DNA of 64,000 nt from Deferribacterales bacterium (GTDB lineage Bacteria; Chrysiogenota; Deferribacteres; Deferribacterales; Geovibrionaceae), in contig JBFWMA010000003.1 in assembly GCA_050251875.1 (NCBI GenBank), forward strand, positions 32,001 to 96,000, read 5' to 3'. The notes beneath the pieces are model-generated. The model was given only the letters and a program-made list of their open reading frames with translations. It ran no database searches and was not told the DNA's origin. Position numbers and translations under genes: made by a program. Positions within the stretch are counted from its first letter, which is position 1. Every line of letters begins with the position of its first letter. Shown piece after piece: positions 51,953-62,258 of the stretch.

Positions 51953-53770
51953 TTATTTTCCGTTTCTTATGTTTATGTAGGAGAAGATACCGTCATAGAT
52001 ACCCTTTGCGATATCTTTGCGGTATTTGTCCGTGGCGAGGTTGTCCGCCTCCTCTTTGTTAGAGACGAAACCTGTCTCCACAAGGATAGAAGGCATTTTA
52101 GCACCCACCAGAACATAGAAGGGAGCCTGCTTCACACCCAGATTAAATCTGTTGTCATTATAGAGAGCCTTGTGGGAGCTCTTCTGAACATATGATGCCA
52201 GCTCTATTGATTCCTCCAGTTTGGAGTTCAGCATTATATCTTTCAGGATGCCCTGAAGATCAGACATGCTCTTCTGAGTGGTCTGGTTTTCAAAAGCGGC
52301 AACCTGAAGGGCTTTTTTGTCGTTGGTAACGTTCAGGACGAATGTCTCCACGCCTCTGGCGTTTTTGTTGGGGGCGGCGTTCACATGGACAGAGATGAAA
52401 AGGTCAGCCTTCTTCCTGTTGGCAAACGCTGTGCGCTCCTCCAGAGGGATGAACACGTCTTTATTTCGGGTCATATATACGTTTATGTCCGGATTGTTAT
52501 CTTTTATCATTTTGGCGAGCTCCAGACCAATATCCAGAACCACGTCCTTCTCCTGAATGCCGTAATATGTGGCTCCGGGGTCTTTTCCGCCGTGTCCGGG
52601 GTCGATAACCACGCTCTTGATCTTCAGCCCGAAAACACTCGCCAGAGTGGATGAACCGCCTGTGCCCACCTGAATTCTCGAGTTGTCAGCCGGTCTGGCG
52701 ACATCTGTCGTCTTAACAGGGTCAGCTTTCGGCGATGTGGGAACGGAAGCGCTGCTCACGTCTATCACCACTCTCTCCGGGTCTGTCATGGCAAAAACAG
52801 TAAAATCCTGAACATTATCACTGTCCAGAACAATACGGGCAACGCCCGGTCTGTTATACGCCCAGCGCAGAGAGCGCAGGAGTCCGTCTTTTATCTCTAT
52901 ATCCTGTGGTATCTCGGGGGACACCACCACTTCGTTCAGATCGATGAAAAGCCTTGGCGGCTTGCCTATGGACGGGTCGGCCTTCAGCCAGTGCTTGTCG
53001 AACGATGCTCTGCCTGACATATCAAGAACCACACGGGTATAGTCCGCTGTGGAGAAATATCTGACACGTTTCAGAGCCGCCTTGCCGTCCGGAATCTTTT
53101 CCGGTGTGTTTATATCGCCATACGCCACCTGTTTGGATGTGGCGGAGTTATCCGCTGTGTCGTCCTCTTCCTTCACCGCCGGTTTCACGGCTACAACGGG
53201 TTTGCTGTCCACCACAGGTTTCTTGCCCGTATCTCTTATGATGGGTTTCGGCTTCACCTGTGTCTTGCCGGAATCGGCGTAAACATTACTGAATCTGTTG
53301 TCGATGGCGTCCAGCCTGTCTTTCGCCTCTTTCGCCTCGTCAGATTTCGGAAATTTTGCTATCAGCTTCCGGAGCATATACTGAGCGGAGGGATAATCCT
53401 TCTGCTGCTCATATATCTTAGCCGACTGCATAAAAGCCATGGTAGCCAGCTTGGAGTCATAATTGATGGCGAGCACCTTCATGTTTCTGAGAGCTTTTAA
53501 CAGATCCTCTCTGCTGCCGAAACGGGAATAACTGCGGTAATATGTCTGGGCGCAGTAGTGCAGCGCCTCGTCAGCCATGCTGCCTCTGGGTGCGGATGCG
53601 TAAACTTTATAGAATTTATCGGCCACCAGCAGATATGATTTTCTGGTAACCCTGTCGGAATGTTCGATATAGTCAAAATCTTTCTTCGCGGAGTTGAATT
53701 CCTGAATATCATCCGCAAAGACCGTGAAAACCGAAAGTAATATGAAGAATAAAATTAAAAGTTTTTTCAT
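51953..53770 (-). CDS. N-acetylmuramoyl-L-alanine amidase (signal peptide, TPR-like region, AMIN, Amidase_3)
   Basis: IDPGHGGKDPG, LEERTAFAN, SVHVNA, LVETGFVSN; TRVVLD and PRLFID AMIN-like motifs. Confidence 0.92.
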   Translation of the reverse strand: MKKLLILFFILLSVFTVFADDIQEFNSAKKDFDYIEHSDRVTRKSYLLVADKFYKVYASAPRGSMADEALHYCAQTYYRSYSRFGSREDLLKALRNMKVLAINYDSKLATMAFMQSAKIYEQQKDYPSAQYMLRKLIAKFPKSDEAKEAKDRLDAIDNRFSNVYADSGKTQVKPKPIIRDTGKKPVVDSKPVVAVKPAVKEEDDTADNSATSKQVAYGDINTPEKIPDGKAALKRVRYFSTADYTRVVLDMSGRASFDKHWLKADPSIGKPPRLFIDLNEVVVSPEIPQDIEIKDGLLRSLRWAYNRPGVARIVLDSDNVQDFTVFAMTDPERVVIDVSSASVPTSPKADPVKTTDVARPADNSRIQVGTGGSSTLASVFGLKIKSVVIDPGHGGKDPGATYYGIQEKDVVLDIGLELAKMIKDNNPDINVYMTRNKDVFIPLEERTAFANRKKADLFISVHVNAAPNKNARGVETFVLNVTNDKKALQVAAFENQTTQKSMSDLQGILKDIMLNSKLEESIELASYVQKSSHKALYNDNRFNLGVKQAPFYVLVGAKMPSILVETGFVSNKEEADNLATDKYRKDIAKGIYDGIFSYINIRNGK

Positions 53771-56575
53771 TTATAATAGTTTACCTTTAAGATATTTGCC
53801 CGTGTAGGACGTTTTGTGTCCGGCGCACTTCTCGGGTGTTCCCTCGAAGATTATCTGTCCGCCTCCGATGCCCCCTTCGGGACCCATATCTATAATGTGG
53901 TCGGCGCACTTGATAACATCGAGATTGTGCTCGATGATTATCACTGTGTTTCCGCTGTCTCTCAGTTTTAAGAAAATGCCCGTCAGCTTGTTTATATCTT
54001 CGAAATGGAGTCCTGTCGTGGGCTCATCGAAGATATAAACTGTTTTTCCCGTGGGTCTTTTCATCAGTTCTTTGGACAGTTTCACCCTCTGCGCCTCTCC
54101 GCCGGAGAGCGTTGTGGCGGGCTGTCCAAGTTTTATATACCCTAAACCGACATCTTTTAAAACAGAAAGCTTATTACTTAATTTCGGAATATTTTCGAAA
54201 AACTCAAACGCCTGATTGACGGTCATGTCCAGAACATCGGCGATATTCTTTCCTTTGTATTTTATATCCAGCGTATCCCTGTTGTAACGTTTGCCGTGGC
54301 AGGCATCGCATTTCACATACATATCCGGCAGAAAGTGCATCTCTATCTTGATGTATCCCTCGCCCTGACATGTCTCGCATCTGCCCGACTTCACATTGAA
54401 ACTGAACCGCCCTATCTTGTATCCCCTCATCTTGGCGTCCGGAGTCATGGCGAACAGCTCACGGATGTCGGAGAACAGACCTGTGTATGTGGACGGGTTC
54501 GATCTGGGCGTTCTGCCTATGGGCGACTGGTCGATGTCTATCACCTTGTCCAGATGCTCGGTACCTGTGAGACTGTCATATGTCCCCGTGCGGGAGTTGG
54601 TACCCAGCAGTGATTTTTTCAGCCCAGCCTGAAGTGTGTCCATTATCAGGGTCGATTTTCCTGATCCGGAAACACCCGTCACGCAGATCATCAGTCCCAG
54701 CGGTATTTTTACGGAAACGTTTTTCAGGTTATGCTCGCTGGCGTTTGTCAGCTCTATATATCTGCCGTCCGGTTTTTTGCGCTCTTTCGGCACTTCTATC
54801 ATGCGTCTGCCGGACAGATACATCCCCGTCAGCGATGTTTCGCTGTGGCGCAGAAGCTCCGGATGTCCGGTGAAAACCACCTCGCCGCCTTTGCGTCCGG
54901 CTCCGGGTCCCATATCCACCACATAGTCGCTGGCGTTGATGGTGTCTTCATCGTGTTCCACTACTATGACTGTGTTGCCGATATCTCGCAGATTTTTCAG
55001 CGTTTCTATCAGCATGTCGTTGTCACGTTGGTGCAGACCGATGCTGGGCTCATCCAGAACGTACAGCACTCCGGTCAGACCCGATCCTATCTGGGTGGCG
55101 AGCCTGATCCTCTGCGCCTCGCCTCCGGAGAGGGTGGCGGATTTTCTGTCCAGCGTTATATAGTTAAGACCGACATCGTTCAGAAACGACAGCCGTCTCT
55201 TTATCTCTGTGATAATCTTTTCGGCGACATCCTTGATAAACCCGCTGAATGTCAGCCCGCTGAAGAAATCCAGCGACTCTTTCACGTTCATAGCCGCTAT
55301 CTGGCTGATGTTTCTGTCGCCTATCAGAACGGAAAGACTGCTTTTCTTCAGTCTGGTTCCCTTGCACATGGGACAGTCCTGTGAAGACATAAAGCGCTTG
55401 GCGAACTCCCTGTCGGACATGGTTCCCGTGTAGAGCTTCTCTTTCAGATAGCCGCACACGCCGGTGAACTTCATCTCATATGGTATCTTCTTGTCGCCTT
55501 TGAATGTATGGAGTTTCAGCGGCTCATCCATCCCGTTCAGCAGAATCTCCTGATTCTTCGGGTCGAGCTTTCCGAACGGCTTGTTCATATCTATTCCGAA
55601 CTGTTCAGACAGAGCCACCAGAGTATTGAAAAAATGAAAATTATCAAACTGTTCCCAGGGTTTTACAGCCCCCTCACGGACACTCAGTCTGGGATCGGGA
55701 ACTATAGCGTCTATGTCGAACACCTGTTTTTCACCCAGTCCGTCACACTCGGGACACGCCCCGAACGGGTTGTTGAATGAAAAACTTCTGGGTTCCACCT
55801 CTTCTATGCTGATATCGCAGTCGGGGCAGGTGAAGTTCTGTGAATACATGCTGATGCCGTCATCTGTGGCTACTTCCACCAGACCCTCGCCCAGCTTAAG
55901 CGCTGTTTCCAGAGAGTCTGTCAGCCTGCGCTGTACTCCGTCCTTTATCTTCACTCTGTCTATCACGACAGAGATGCTGTGCTTAACGTTCTTGTCCAGC
56001 TCTATGGGCTCTTCCAGCCTCTTCTGGTCGCCGTCCACATACGCCCTTACAAATCCGTCTTTCAGCAGTTTTTCGAAGAGTTTCTTATATTCGCCCTTTT
56101 TGCCTCTGACGACAGGAGCCAGAAGCTCCACCTTAGCGTCTTCGCCCAGCGCCAGAATTCTGTCCACTATCTGCTGGACGCTGTAGCTGGTTACGGGTTT
56201 TCCGCAGGAGGGACAATGCACGCTGCCCGCTCTGGCAAAGAGCAGACGCATGTAGTCATACACTTCCGTAATGGTGCCCACTGTGGATCTGGGGTTTCTG
56301 CTGATTGATTTCTGTTCGATGCTGATGGCGGGCGACAGAAAATCTATGGAGTCCACATCGGGTTTTTCCATAAGCTCCAGAAACTGTCTGGCATAAGCGG
56401 AGAGCGACTCCACATAGCGCCTCTGTCCCTCGGCATAGAGGGTGTCGAACGCCAGCGTGGACTTTCCGGATCCGGAAACGCCGGTTATAACCACCAGTCT
56501 GTTTTTAGGAATATTCAGATCAATGTTTTTGAGATTGTGCTGTCTTGCGCCTTTTATGATTATATTGTCATTCAT
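53771..56575 (-). CDS. uvrA: Excinuclease ABC subunit A
   Basis: Two GVSGSGKS and two LSGGEAQR motifs plus zinc fingers; start at MNDNIII. Confidence 0.98.
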   Translation of the reverse strand: MNDNIIIKGARQHNLKNIDLNIPKNRLVVITGVSGSGKSTLAFDTLYAEGQRRYVESLSAYARQFLELMEKPDVDSIDFLSPAISIEQKSISRNPRSTVGTITEVYDYMRLLFARAGSVHCPSCGKPVTSYSVQQIVDRILALGEDAKVELLAPVVRGKKGEYKKLFEKLLKDGFVRAYVDGDQKRLEEPIELDKNVKHSISVVIDRVKIKDGVQRRLTDSLETALKLGEGLVEVATDDGISMYSQNFTCPDCDISIEEVEPRSFSFNNPFGACPECDGLGEKQVFDIDAIVPDPRLSVREGAVKPWEQFDNFHFFNTLVALSEQFGIDMNKPFGKLDPKNQEILLNGMDEPLKLHTFKGDKKIPYEMKFTGVCGYLKEKLYTGTMSDREFAKRFMSSQDCPMCKGTRLKKSSLSVLIGDRNISQIAAMNVKESLDFFSGLTFSGFIKDVAEKIITEIKRRLSFLNDVGLNYITLDRKSATLSGGEAQRIRLATQIGSGLTGVLYVLDEPSIGLHQRDNDMLIETLKNLRDIGNTVIVVEHDEDTINASDYVVDMGPGAGRKGGEVVFTGHPELLRHSETSLTGMYLSGRRMIEVPKERKKPDGRYIELTNASEHNLKNVSVKIPLGLMICVTGVSGSGKSTLIMDTLQAGLKKSLLGTNSRTGTYDSLTGTEHLDKVIDIDQSPIGRTPRSNPSTYTGLFSDIRELFAMTPDAKMRGYKIGRFSFNVKSGRCETCQGEGYIKIEMHFLPDMYVKCDACHGKRYNRDTLDIKYKGKNIADVLDMTVNQAFEFFENIPKLSNKLSVLKDVGLGYIKLGQPATTLSGGEAQRVKLSKELMKRPTGKTVYIFDEPTTGLHFEDINKLTGIFLKLRDSGNTVIIIEHNLDVIKCADHIIDMGPEGGIGGGQIIFEGTPEKCAGHKTSYTGKYLKGKLL

Positions 56576-58112
56576 CTTGCCAGTCTTTATCTTCCAGAGA
56601 GAACATTTGAATCTGCTGGTACTTATCATCGAACAGAAATACAGCGTTCTTCTGATTTTCCCTTACGCTTATTTTTTCTCTGTAGATTTGAACGTCCAGT
56701 CCTCCGTATAGTTCACCCAAAACTTTGAATCTGGGTTTAGGGTGATGTGCTTCTTTTATCAGTTTTTTCATCTGATTGTCTACAGCTTCTATTTTACTGT
56801 CCAGCTGTTTTCTGAGCACGATGAGCTGTCTCACCTTCGGGTTTTCCAGAACCTCTTTCTTTTTCAGGTTTACCCCGCCGAGAAACTCATCTATTTTCGC
56901 TTTATTTTCCAGGAACTTATCTTTTATAGCCTTAAGCTCAGCCATCTCTCTTTCGAAGTAGAACTTCGTACCTACATTCACCAGAAAGCGTGAGTTGCCC
57001 ACTGTGCCCGCCTGAAGAACACGCACCTCTTCAAAAGCGGTCACTTCGCCGCCTGCTATTACGCCCGGCTCTTTTAAGACTTCCACACGTCCGCCGGCGC
57101 GGATGCGTGAGTTATAGGCGAATTTGGTTATCTCTATGTTTCCTCTCGCCTCTACGTTTGCGTTTTCCAGATATCCCACGAAGACATCGCCCTTCGCCTG
57201 GATCATGCCTTTGTTGTCGCCCTTGACCCCGAGCTTAATGATGATGTTTCCGCCAGCCTCCAGAAAGGCGTCCTGGCAGACACCCTCTATAAATATGTCC
57301 TTCTCCGCCTTGATGCTGAAATTGGAAAGGACATCGTTTCTGACGTATACGTTGCCGTTGAAGACAATATTTCCGGTGCTGTAGTCCACATTTCCACGGA
57401 CGCTGTAGACAGGGTTGACCTCCAGTGTGTTTCTGTTGAAGGTGACGCACCCGTCTGTCAGGGCATAGTATTCTGTGTCGTCTTTCTCCACCCTGACGCC
57501 TTCGCCGATATATATCTCTGTGTCCACGCCCGCTGTCGCCGGAATCTCCTCGTTTCGCACGGAAAGACCTCTGACGCCCGCTGTGGCTGGTTTTCTGGTT
57601 ACCAGAAGATCGCCTTCGTTAACCACTCTTATATTATCGAGATTTTTATAATCCACCCGTCCGTTCTGAAGCACTTTCGGGCTGTTTCTCACCGGCTCGA
57701 AGTTAAGAACCACCTGAGAATTTTTCCCGGCGATAGGCTCAACACCCTCCGCTACAAGAAGTTTCTCCGCCACGGCGCCCTCTTTCGACAGGCTGACCGC
57801 GTTGGCTATGGCGTCTCTGTTAATATTTACTGTAATTTTCTCACTTTGAAGCAGAGCGGCTATCTCATCAGAGCTCATCTCCACAGATGTATTGACTCCG
57901 GGGTAGACGTTGAGATATGCCTTAAGACCGCTGTCGGTAACTGTTAAAGATATGTCAGGTTTGATTTCTTTCTCTGTCAGAATTTTTGCGACAACACGAC
58001 CGTGCTCGTCTCTGGACGTAACATATTCAGAGCTTTGCAGCCCATAGCGTTCTGATAGTAGTTTAGTAAATTCCCGCTCTTCTCTACTTGTGTAATTCTT
58101 TAATAGATTCAT
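56568..58112 (-). CDS. FapA/DUF342-family protein
   Basis: [23 protein letters not shown] beta-helix-like repeats, coiled coil. Confidence 0.88.
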   Translation of the reverse strand: MNLLKNYTSREEREFTKLLSERYGLQSSEYVTSRDEHGRVVAKILTEKEIKPDISLTVTDSGLKAYLNVYPGVNTSVEMSSDEIAALLQSEKITVNINRDAIANAVSLSKEGAVAEKLLVAEGVEPIAGKNSQVVLNFEPVRNSPKVLQNGRVDYKNLDNIRVVNEGDLLVTRKPATAGVRGLSVRNEEIPATAGVDTEIYIGEGVRVEKDDTEYYALTDGCVTFNRNTLEVNPVYSVRGNVDYSTGNIVFNGNVYVRNDVLSNFSIKAEKDIFIEGVCQDAFLEAGGNIIIKLGVKGDNKGMIQAKGDVFVGYLENANVEARGNIEITKFAYNSRIRAGGRVEVLKEPGVIAGGEVTAFEEVRVLQAGTVGNSRFLVNVGTKFYFEREMAELKAIKDKFLENKAKIDEFLGGVNLKKKEVLENPKVRQLIVLRKQLDSKIEAVDNQMKKLIKEAHHPKPRFKVLGELYGGLDVQIYREKISVRENQKNAVFLFDDKYQQIQMFSLEDKDWQDE

Positions 58113-59205
58113 AATTGTATGGTATCCTTACAGTAAACTCCGTGAATACCCCTTCCTCGGAATCTACTTCTATATTTCCGCAGTGAGCCTCAACAATCAT
58201 CTTTACTATGGCAAGCCCCAGTCCTGTACCTTTTGATTTTCCGGAGGTAAAGAACGGCTGAAATAACTTTCCTATATTTTCCCTGCAGATACCCTTACCT
58301 GTGTCTCTGACTCTTATAACACAGAAATCCCCATCCTTTTCCGCTGTCAGAATAACGGTTCCTTTTTCCTGAATCGCGTCTATGGCGTTTGACACCAAGT
58401 TAAATATTACCCTGAAAATCTTAGCTCTGTCCACTTTCATTTCGAGATCGTCCAAAACGGTAACCTCAACATGAATATCCGTGTCACGGGTCATGATCCC
58501 GGCGTGTTTTCTGATCTCATTAAACAGATCGGATATTCTGAACGACTCTATATGGATGGAAACACTCTGTCTGGAAAAATCCAGAATATCCAGAGTGAGC
58601 CCGTGAATCCTTTTTACCTCGGAGAAGATAGCATCAATATAATCCTGCATCTCAGGATTAACATCCTCCATCTTCATCAGCTCCAGATAGGACGAAACAA
58701 TGTTCAGAAGATTTTTTATATCATGGGCGATGGATGAGTTCAGCATGCCGATCACACGCAGGTTCTCGCTCTTTCTCATGTCGCTGTACATGTTGAATCT
58801 GTCCACGCCCAGAGCGCACTGAGAAGCTATATATCTGGCGATCTTCACATCGTCTTCGGTGAAAAAATCGTCCTCTTTATCTGTCAGGTTAAGAACGCCC
58901 AGAATCTTGTCCGCTTTTTTCAGCGGAACGGACATGAAAGATGATGTCTGATACCCCAGAGCGTCTCTGGAGATATCCGTCTTATTCATGGTGACTTCAA
59001 CACCTGTCTTAGCCACCTTGCCCGCTATGCCGTCTCCCAGAGGTATTTTGATGGAGGCGTGCTCCACCTCGAAACCGGCGTGGGCATACATCTTCAGCAT
59101 ATCGTCCTCAATGAGCATGAGCGATATCCGCTTAACTCCCAGATATTCCTTAGCTATGTTGATAATAGCCGGAAGCAGGTTGTGAAGCTCAAACATACTG
59201 TTCAT
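58084..59205 (-). CDS. GAF-domain sensor histidine kinase
   Basis: GIAGKVA and SFMSVPL (GAF); AHDIKN, NAIDA, DTGKGI, GTGLGL. Confidence 0.92.
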   Translation of the reverse strand: MNSMFELHNLLPAIINIAKEYLGVKRISLMLIEDDMLKMYAHAGFEVEHASIKIPLGDGIAGKVAKTGVEVTMNKTDISRDALGYQTSSFMSVPLKKADKILGVLNLTDKEDDFFTEDDVKIARYIASQCALGVDRFNMYSDMRKSENLRVIGMLNSSIAHDIKNLLNIVSSYLELMKMEDVNPEMQDYIDAIFSEVKRIHGLTLDILDFSRQSVSIHIESFRISDLFNEIRKHAGIMTRDTDIHVEVTVLDDLEMKVDRAKIFRVIFNLVSNAIDAIQEKGTVILTAEKDGDFCVIRVRDTGKGICRENIGKLFQPFFTSGKSKGTGLGLAIVKMIVEAHCGNIEVDSEEGVFTEFTVRIPYNYESIKELHK

Positions 59206-59246
59206 CTTTTCGGAGATCTCTACCAGGACCTCCAGAAGATCTTTTT

Positions 59247-60272
59247 TCAGAAATACCTCAGAATGTTGTACTGCATATCACGCTGAGCGGGCAAAAAGCC
59301 TGCCTTGCGGATATTGTTATTAATCTCGTCTATGCTCATGCGGAAACCGACCCCGCAGGCCGCCACCACATTTTCCTCTATCATCAGACTTCCGAAATCG
59401 TTCCCGCCGAACCGCAAAGCAGTCTGACCGACCTTGGGTCCCTGTGTCACCCACGAAACCTGAATGTTCGGCACATTGTCCAGAAATATTCTGGAGAGCG
59501 CCAGAAGCCTCAGATATTCCACGGCGGACACGTTTTCGCCGCCCAGCTCGGTGTTGTCCGGCTGAAAAGGCCATGGGATAAAAGCGGTGAAACCGCCCGT
59601 TTTGTCCTGAAGCTGTCTTATTCTATCAAAATGTTCGACAATATGCTCGGCTTTATCATTTTTTTTGAACATCATCGTGGCGGTGGTCTTAAGACCCAGC
59701 CCGTGAGCCGTCTCCATAACGGAGAGCCAGCGGTCGGACGTTATTTTGTTCGGGCTGATCTTCTTCCTCTCGGAATCAACCAGAAGCTCTGCTCCAGCCC
59801 CGGGTATGGAATCCAGCCCGGCATGGGTGAGCCTTTTTATAACGTCTTCAACGGACATCTGCTCCAGCTTAGCCATGTGCGCTATCTCCGGAGCGGAGAA
59901 TCCGTGCACCCACACTCCCAGAGATTTGATAAAACGGAGCATATCCTCATAGAAATCCAGCCGGAGTTCCGGGTGGAGCCCGCCCTGAAGCAGTATCTGG
60001 GTGCCTCCCAGAGACTTGGTCTCCTCTATCTTCTGCCTGAGCGTATCATGGTCTATCACATATGCGCCTTCGTCTTTTTCGTCTTTGTAAAAGGCGCAGA
60101 AGGAACATTTACATGAGCAGATATTGGTATAGTTAATGTTTCTGTCGATAACGTAAGTTACAGTGTTTTCGGGGTGAAGCTCTTTACGCAGACCATCGGC
60201 GGCCAGCGCCAGCTCGTAAAGATCCGCTTCTCTATAGAGTCTTACAGCCTCGGCTGTGCTGATGCGTGTCAA
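59247..60272 (-). CDS. mqnC: Cyclic dehypoxanthine futalosine synthase (radical SAM)
   Basis: VTYVIDRNINYTNICSCKCSFCAF, LLQGGLHP, NIQVSWVTQG, DFGSLMIEENVV. Confidence 0.88.
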   Translation of the reverse strand: MTRISTAEAVRLYREADLYELALAADGLRKELHPENTVTYVIDRNINYTNICSCKCSFCAFYKDEKDEGAYVIDHDTLRQKIEETKSLGGTQILLQGGLHPELRLDFYEDMLRFIKSLGVWVHGFSAPEIAHMAKLEQMSVEDVIKRLTHAGLDSIPGAGAELLVDSERKKISPNKITSDRWLSVMETAHGLGLKTTATMMFKKNDKAEHIVEHFDRIRQLQDKTGGFTAFIPWPFQPDNTELGGENVSAVEYLRLLALSRIFLDNVPNIQVSWVTQGPKVGQTALRFGGNDFGSLMIEENVVAACGVGFRMSIDEINNNIRKAGFLPAQRDMQYNILRYF

Positions 60273-60385
60273 TTTTTTACCTTTGAGATCATAATTATTT
60301 AATTTTTACATAACATCTGATTAATTGGAAGCGTTTTTTAAGTAAAAAACATTGTATAAATTCTCATACAGCAATAAAATGAGGA

Positions 60386-61159
60386 ATGTTTGACTTTTTG
60401 TATGACATCCAGCTTTTTGTCACTTTTTTCGCCGTGGTCGTGCGCATCGCCGCCATACTGAACACCGCCCCGGTGTTCGGCAGCAGCACGGTGAAACCGC
60501 ATATCCGCATGCTTCTCGCTGTGGTTATCGCTATGATATGCATCCACTCGGTGCAGAAAATACCTATAACAAATTTTAATACATTCACTCTCGTCATGAT
60601 AGTCGGCAAGGAGGTCCTGCTGGGCGCCAGCATGGGGCTGATGTCCCACTTCCTCTTCGCGGGTGTTCAGTTCGCCGGGCAGATAGTGGGAACACAGATG
60701 GGCTTCAGCGTTGTGAACGTTTTCGATCCCCAGTCGAACACTTCCGTGTCCATCATATCATCTTTTCTGAACATCGCCATGATACTGATCTTTATATCGC
60801 TGGGCGGACACCTGATGGTGATTCAGGCTATCATCGCCTCTTTCAAAACCATCCCGGTGGGCATCTTCCCCATCCACCCCGAAGGCTTGCAGTATATGGT
60901 AAAGCTGTTCTCCATGATATTCGTCACGGCGATAAAAATTACGGCTCCGGTGTTCGTCACTCTTCTTGTGCTTCAGGTGGTAATGGGTATAATAGGCAGA
61001 ATGGTTCCGCAGATAAACCTGATGATCGTGGGATTTCCCATCCAGATCGCTGTCGGGCTTTCTGTTCTGGCAGCCAGCATGAACTATTTCTATATAGTAT
61101 TCGAAAAACTTCTCCACAGATATTTCGAAGAGGTGGCAAACCTCATACGGTATCTGTGA
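60386..61159 (+). CDS. fliR: Flagellar export protein FliR
   Basis: AGQIVGTQMGF, LGGHL, GRMVPQINLMIVGFP. Confidence 0.93.
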   Translation: MFDFLYDIQLFVTFFAVVVRIAAILNTAPVFGSSTVKPHIRMLLAVVIAMICIHSVQKIPITNFNTFTLVMIVGKEVLLGASMGLMSHFLFAGVQFAGQIVGTQMGFSVVNVFDPQSNTSVSIISSFLNIAMILIFISLGGHLMVIQAIIASFKTIPVGIFPIHPEGLQYMVKLFSMIFVTAIKITAPVFVTLLVLQVVMGIIGRMVPQINLMIVGFPIQIAVGLSVLAASMNYFYIVFEKLLHRYFEEVANLIRYL

Positions 61160-61173
61160 TACAAGGATAGATA

Positions 61174-62235
61174 ATGGCCGGACAGGACGATTCCGAAAAG
61201 ACGGAAGACCCGACGGGGAAGCGGCTTTCTGACGCCCGAAACGAGGGCAACACGCCGAAAAGCAGAGAGGTGTCCACCGCTCTTCTGCTGCTCTCTTCCG
61301 CTGTCTTTTTTAATTTTTACACTCCTTATTTCATGAAGGGACTGGGGCGCATCATGCGTGAGCTTCTCTCTCTGCCCCATTTTGAGCTGACTACCACCAA
61401 TGTATATAAACTACTGTTTTTCACCATCAGGGAATCGACATTCGTTGTCGCCCCTTTTTTTCTGATGATAGGTGTTGTGGCATACGCCTCCAATGTTATG
61501 CAGGTGGGATTCGTTTTCACCCCGAAAGCGCTCAAGCTCAGCCTGGAGAGGCTGGACCCCATCAAAGGATTCGGAAAATTCTTTAACAAAAAGAGTCTGG
61601 TGGAGCTGATGAAATCTCTTTTCAAGATTTTTGCCATCGGCTGGTTCGCCTATTACATAGTTAAAAAGAAGATGGAAGTGATAGTCGCTCTGGCGGACGC
61701 CGAGGCTATCGCCATAATGACATATCTCGGTCAGCTTATTTATGAGATCATGTGGAAGATCAGCCTTCTGGCGCTCATCCTCGCCATGATAGACTACGTC
61801 TATCAGCGTTACCAGCACAAACAGGATCTCAAGATGAGCAAGCAGGAGGTCAAGGACGAGTTCAAGCAGATGGAAGGGGATCCCCAGATCAAAGGACGCA
61901 TCAGAAAGATGCAGAGGGAGATGGCACGCCGCAGGATGATGGACGATGTGCCTAAGGCGGATGTTGTCGTCACCAACCCCACCCACTATGCTGTCGCCCT
62001 GAAATATAATCCCGGAGTGGACAGAGCCCCCGTCTGTGTGGCTAAAGGACAGCGTCTGATGGCTCTGAAGATCAGAGAGGTAGCGAAGGAGAACGGTATT
62101 CTCGTGCATGAGGATCCGCCCATTGCCAGATCACTTTTTAAAACGGTTGACATAGGTGACGAAATACCCGAAAATCTTTATAAAGCTGTGGCGGAAATTC
62201 TTTCTCTCGTTCAGAAATTCCGGAAATCCGCCTGA
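61174..62235 (+). CDS. flhB: Flagellar export protein FlhB
   Basis: EKTEDPT, EGDPQIK, NPTH autocleavage motif. Confidence 0.96.
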   Translation: MAGQDDSEKTEDPTGKRLSDARNEGNTPKSREVSTALLLLSSAVFFNFYTPYFMKGLGRIMRELLSLPHFELTTTNVYKLLFFTIRESTFVVAPFFLMIGVVAYASNVMQVGFVFTPKALKLSLERLDPIKGFGKFFNKKSLVELMKSLFKIFAIGWFAYYIVKKKMEVIVALADAEAIAIMTYLGQLIYEIMWKISLLALILAMIDYVYQRYQHKQDLKMSKQEVKDEFKQMEGDPQIKGRIRKMQREMARRRMMDDVPKADVVVTNPTHYAVALKYNPGVDRAPVCVAKGQRLMALKIREVAKENGILVHEDPPIARSLFKTVDIGDEIPENLYKAVAEILSLVQKFRKSA

Positions 62236-62258
62236 CGTTTATTATACATTGGTGACAG

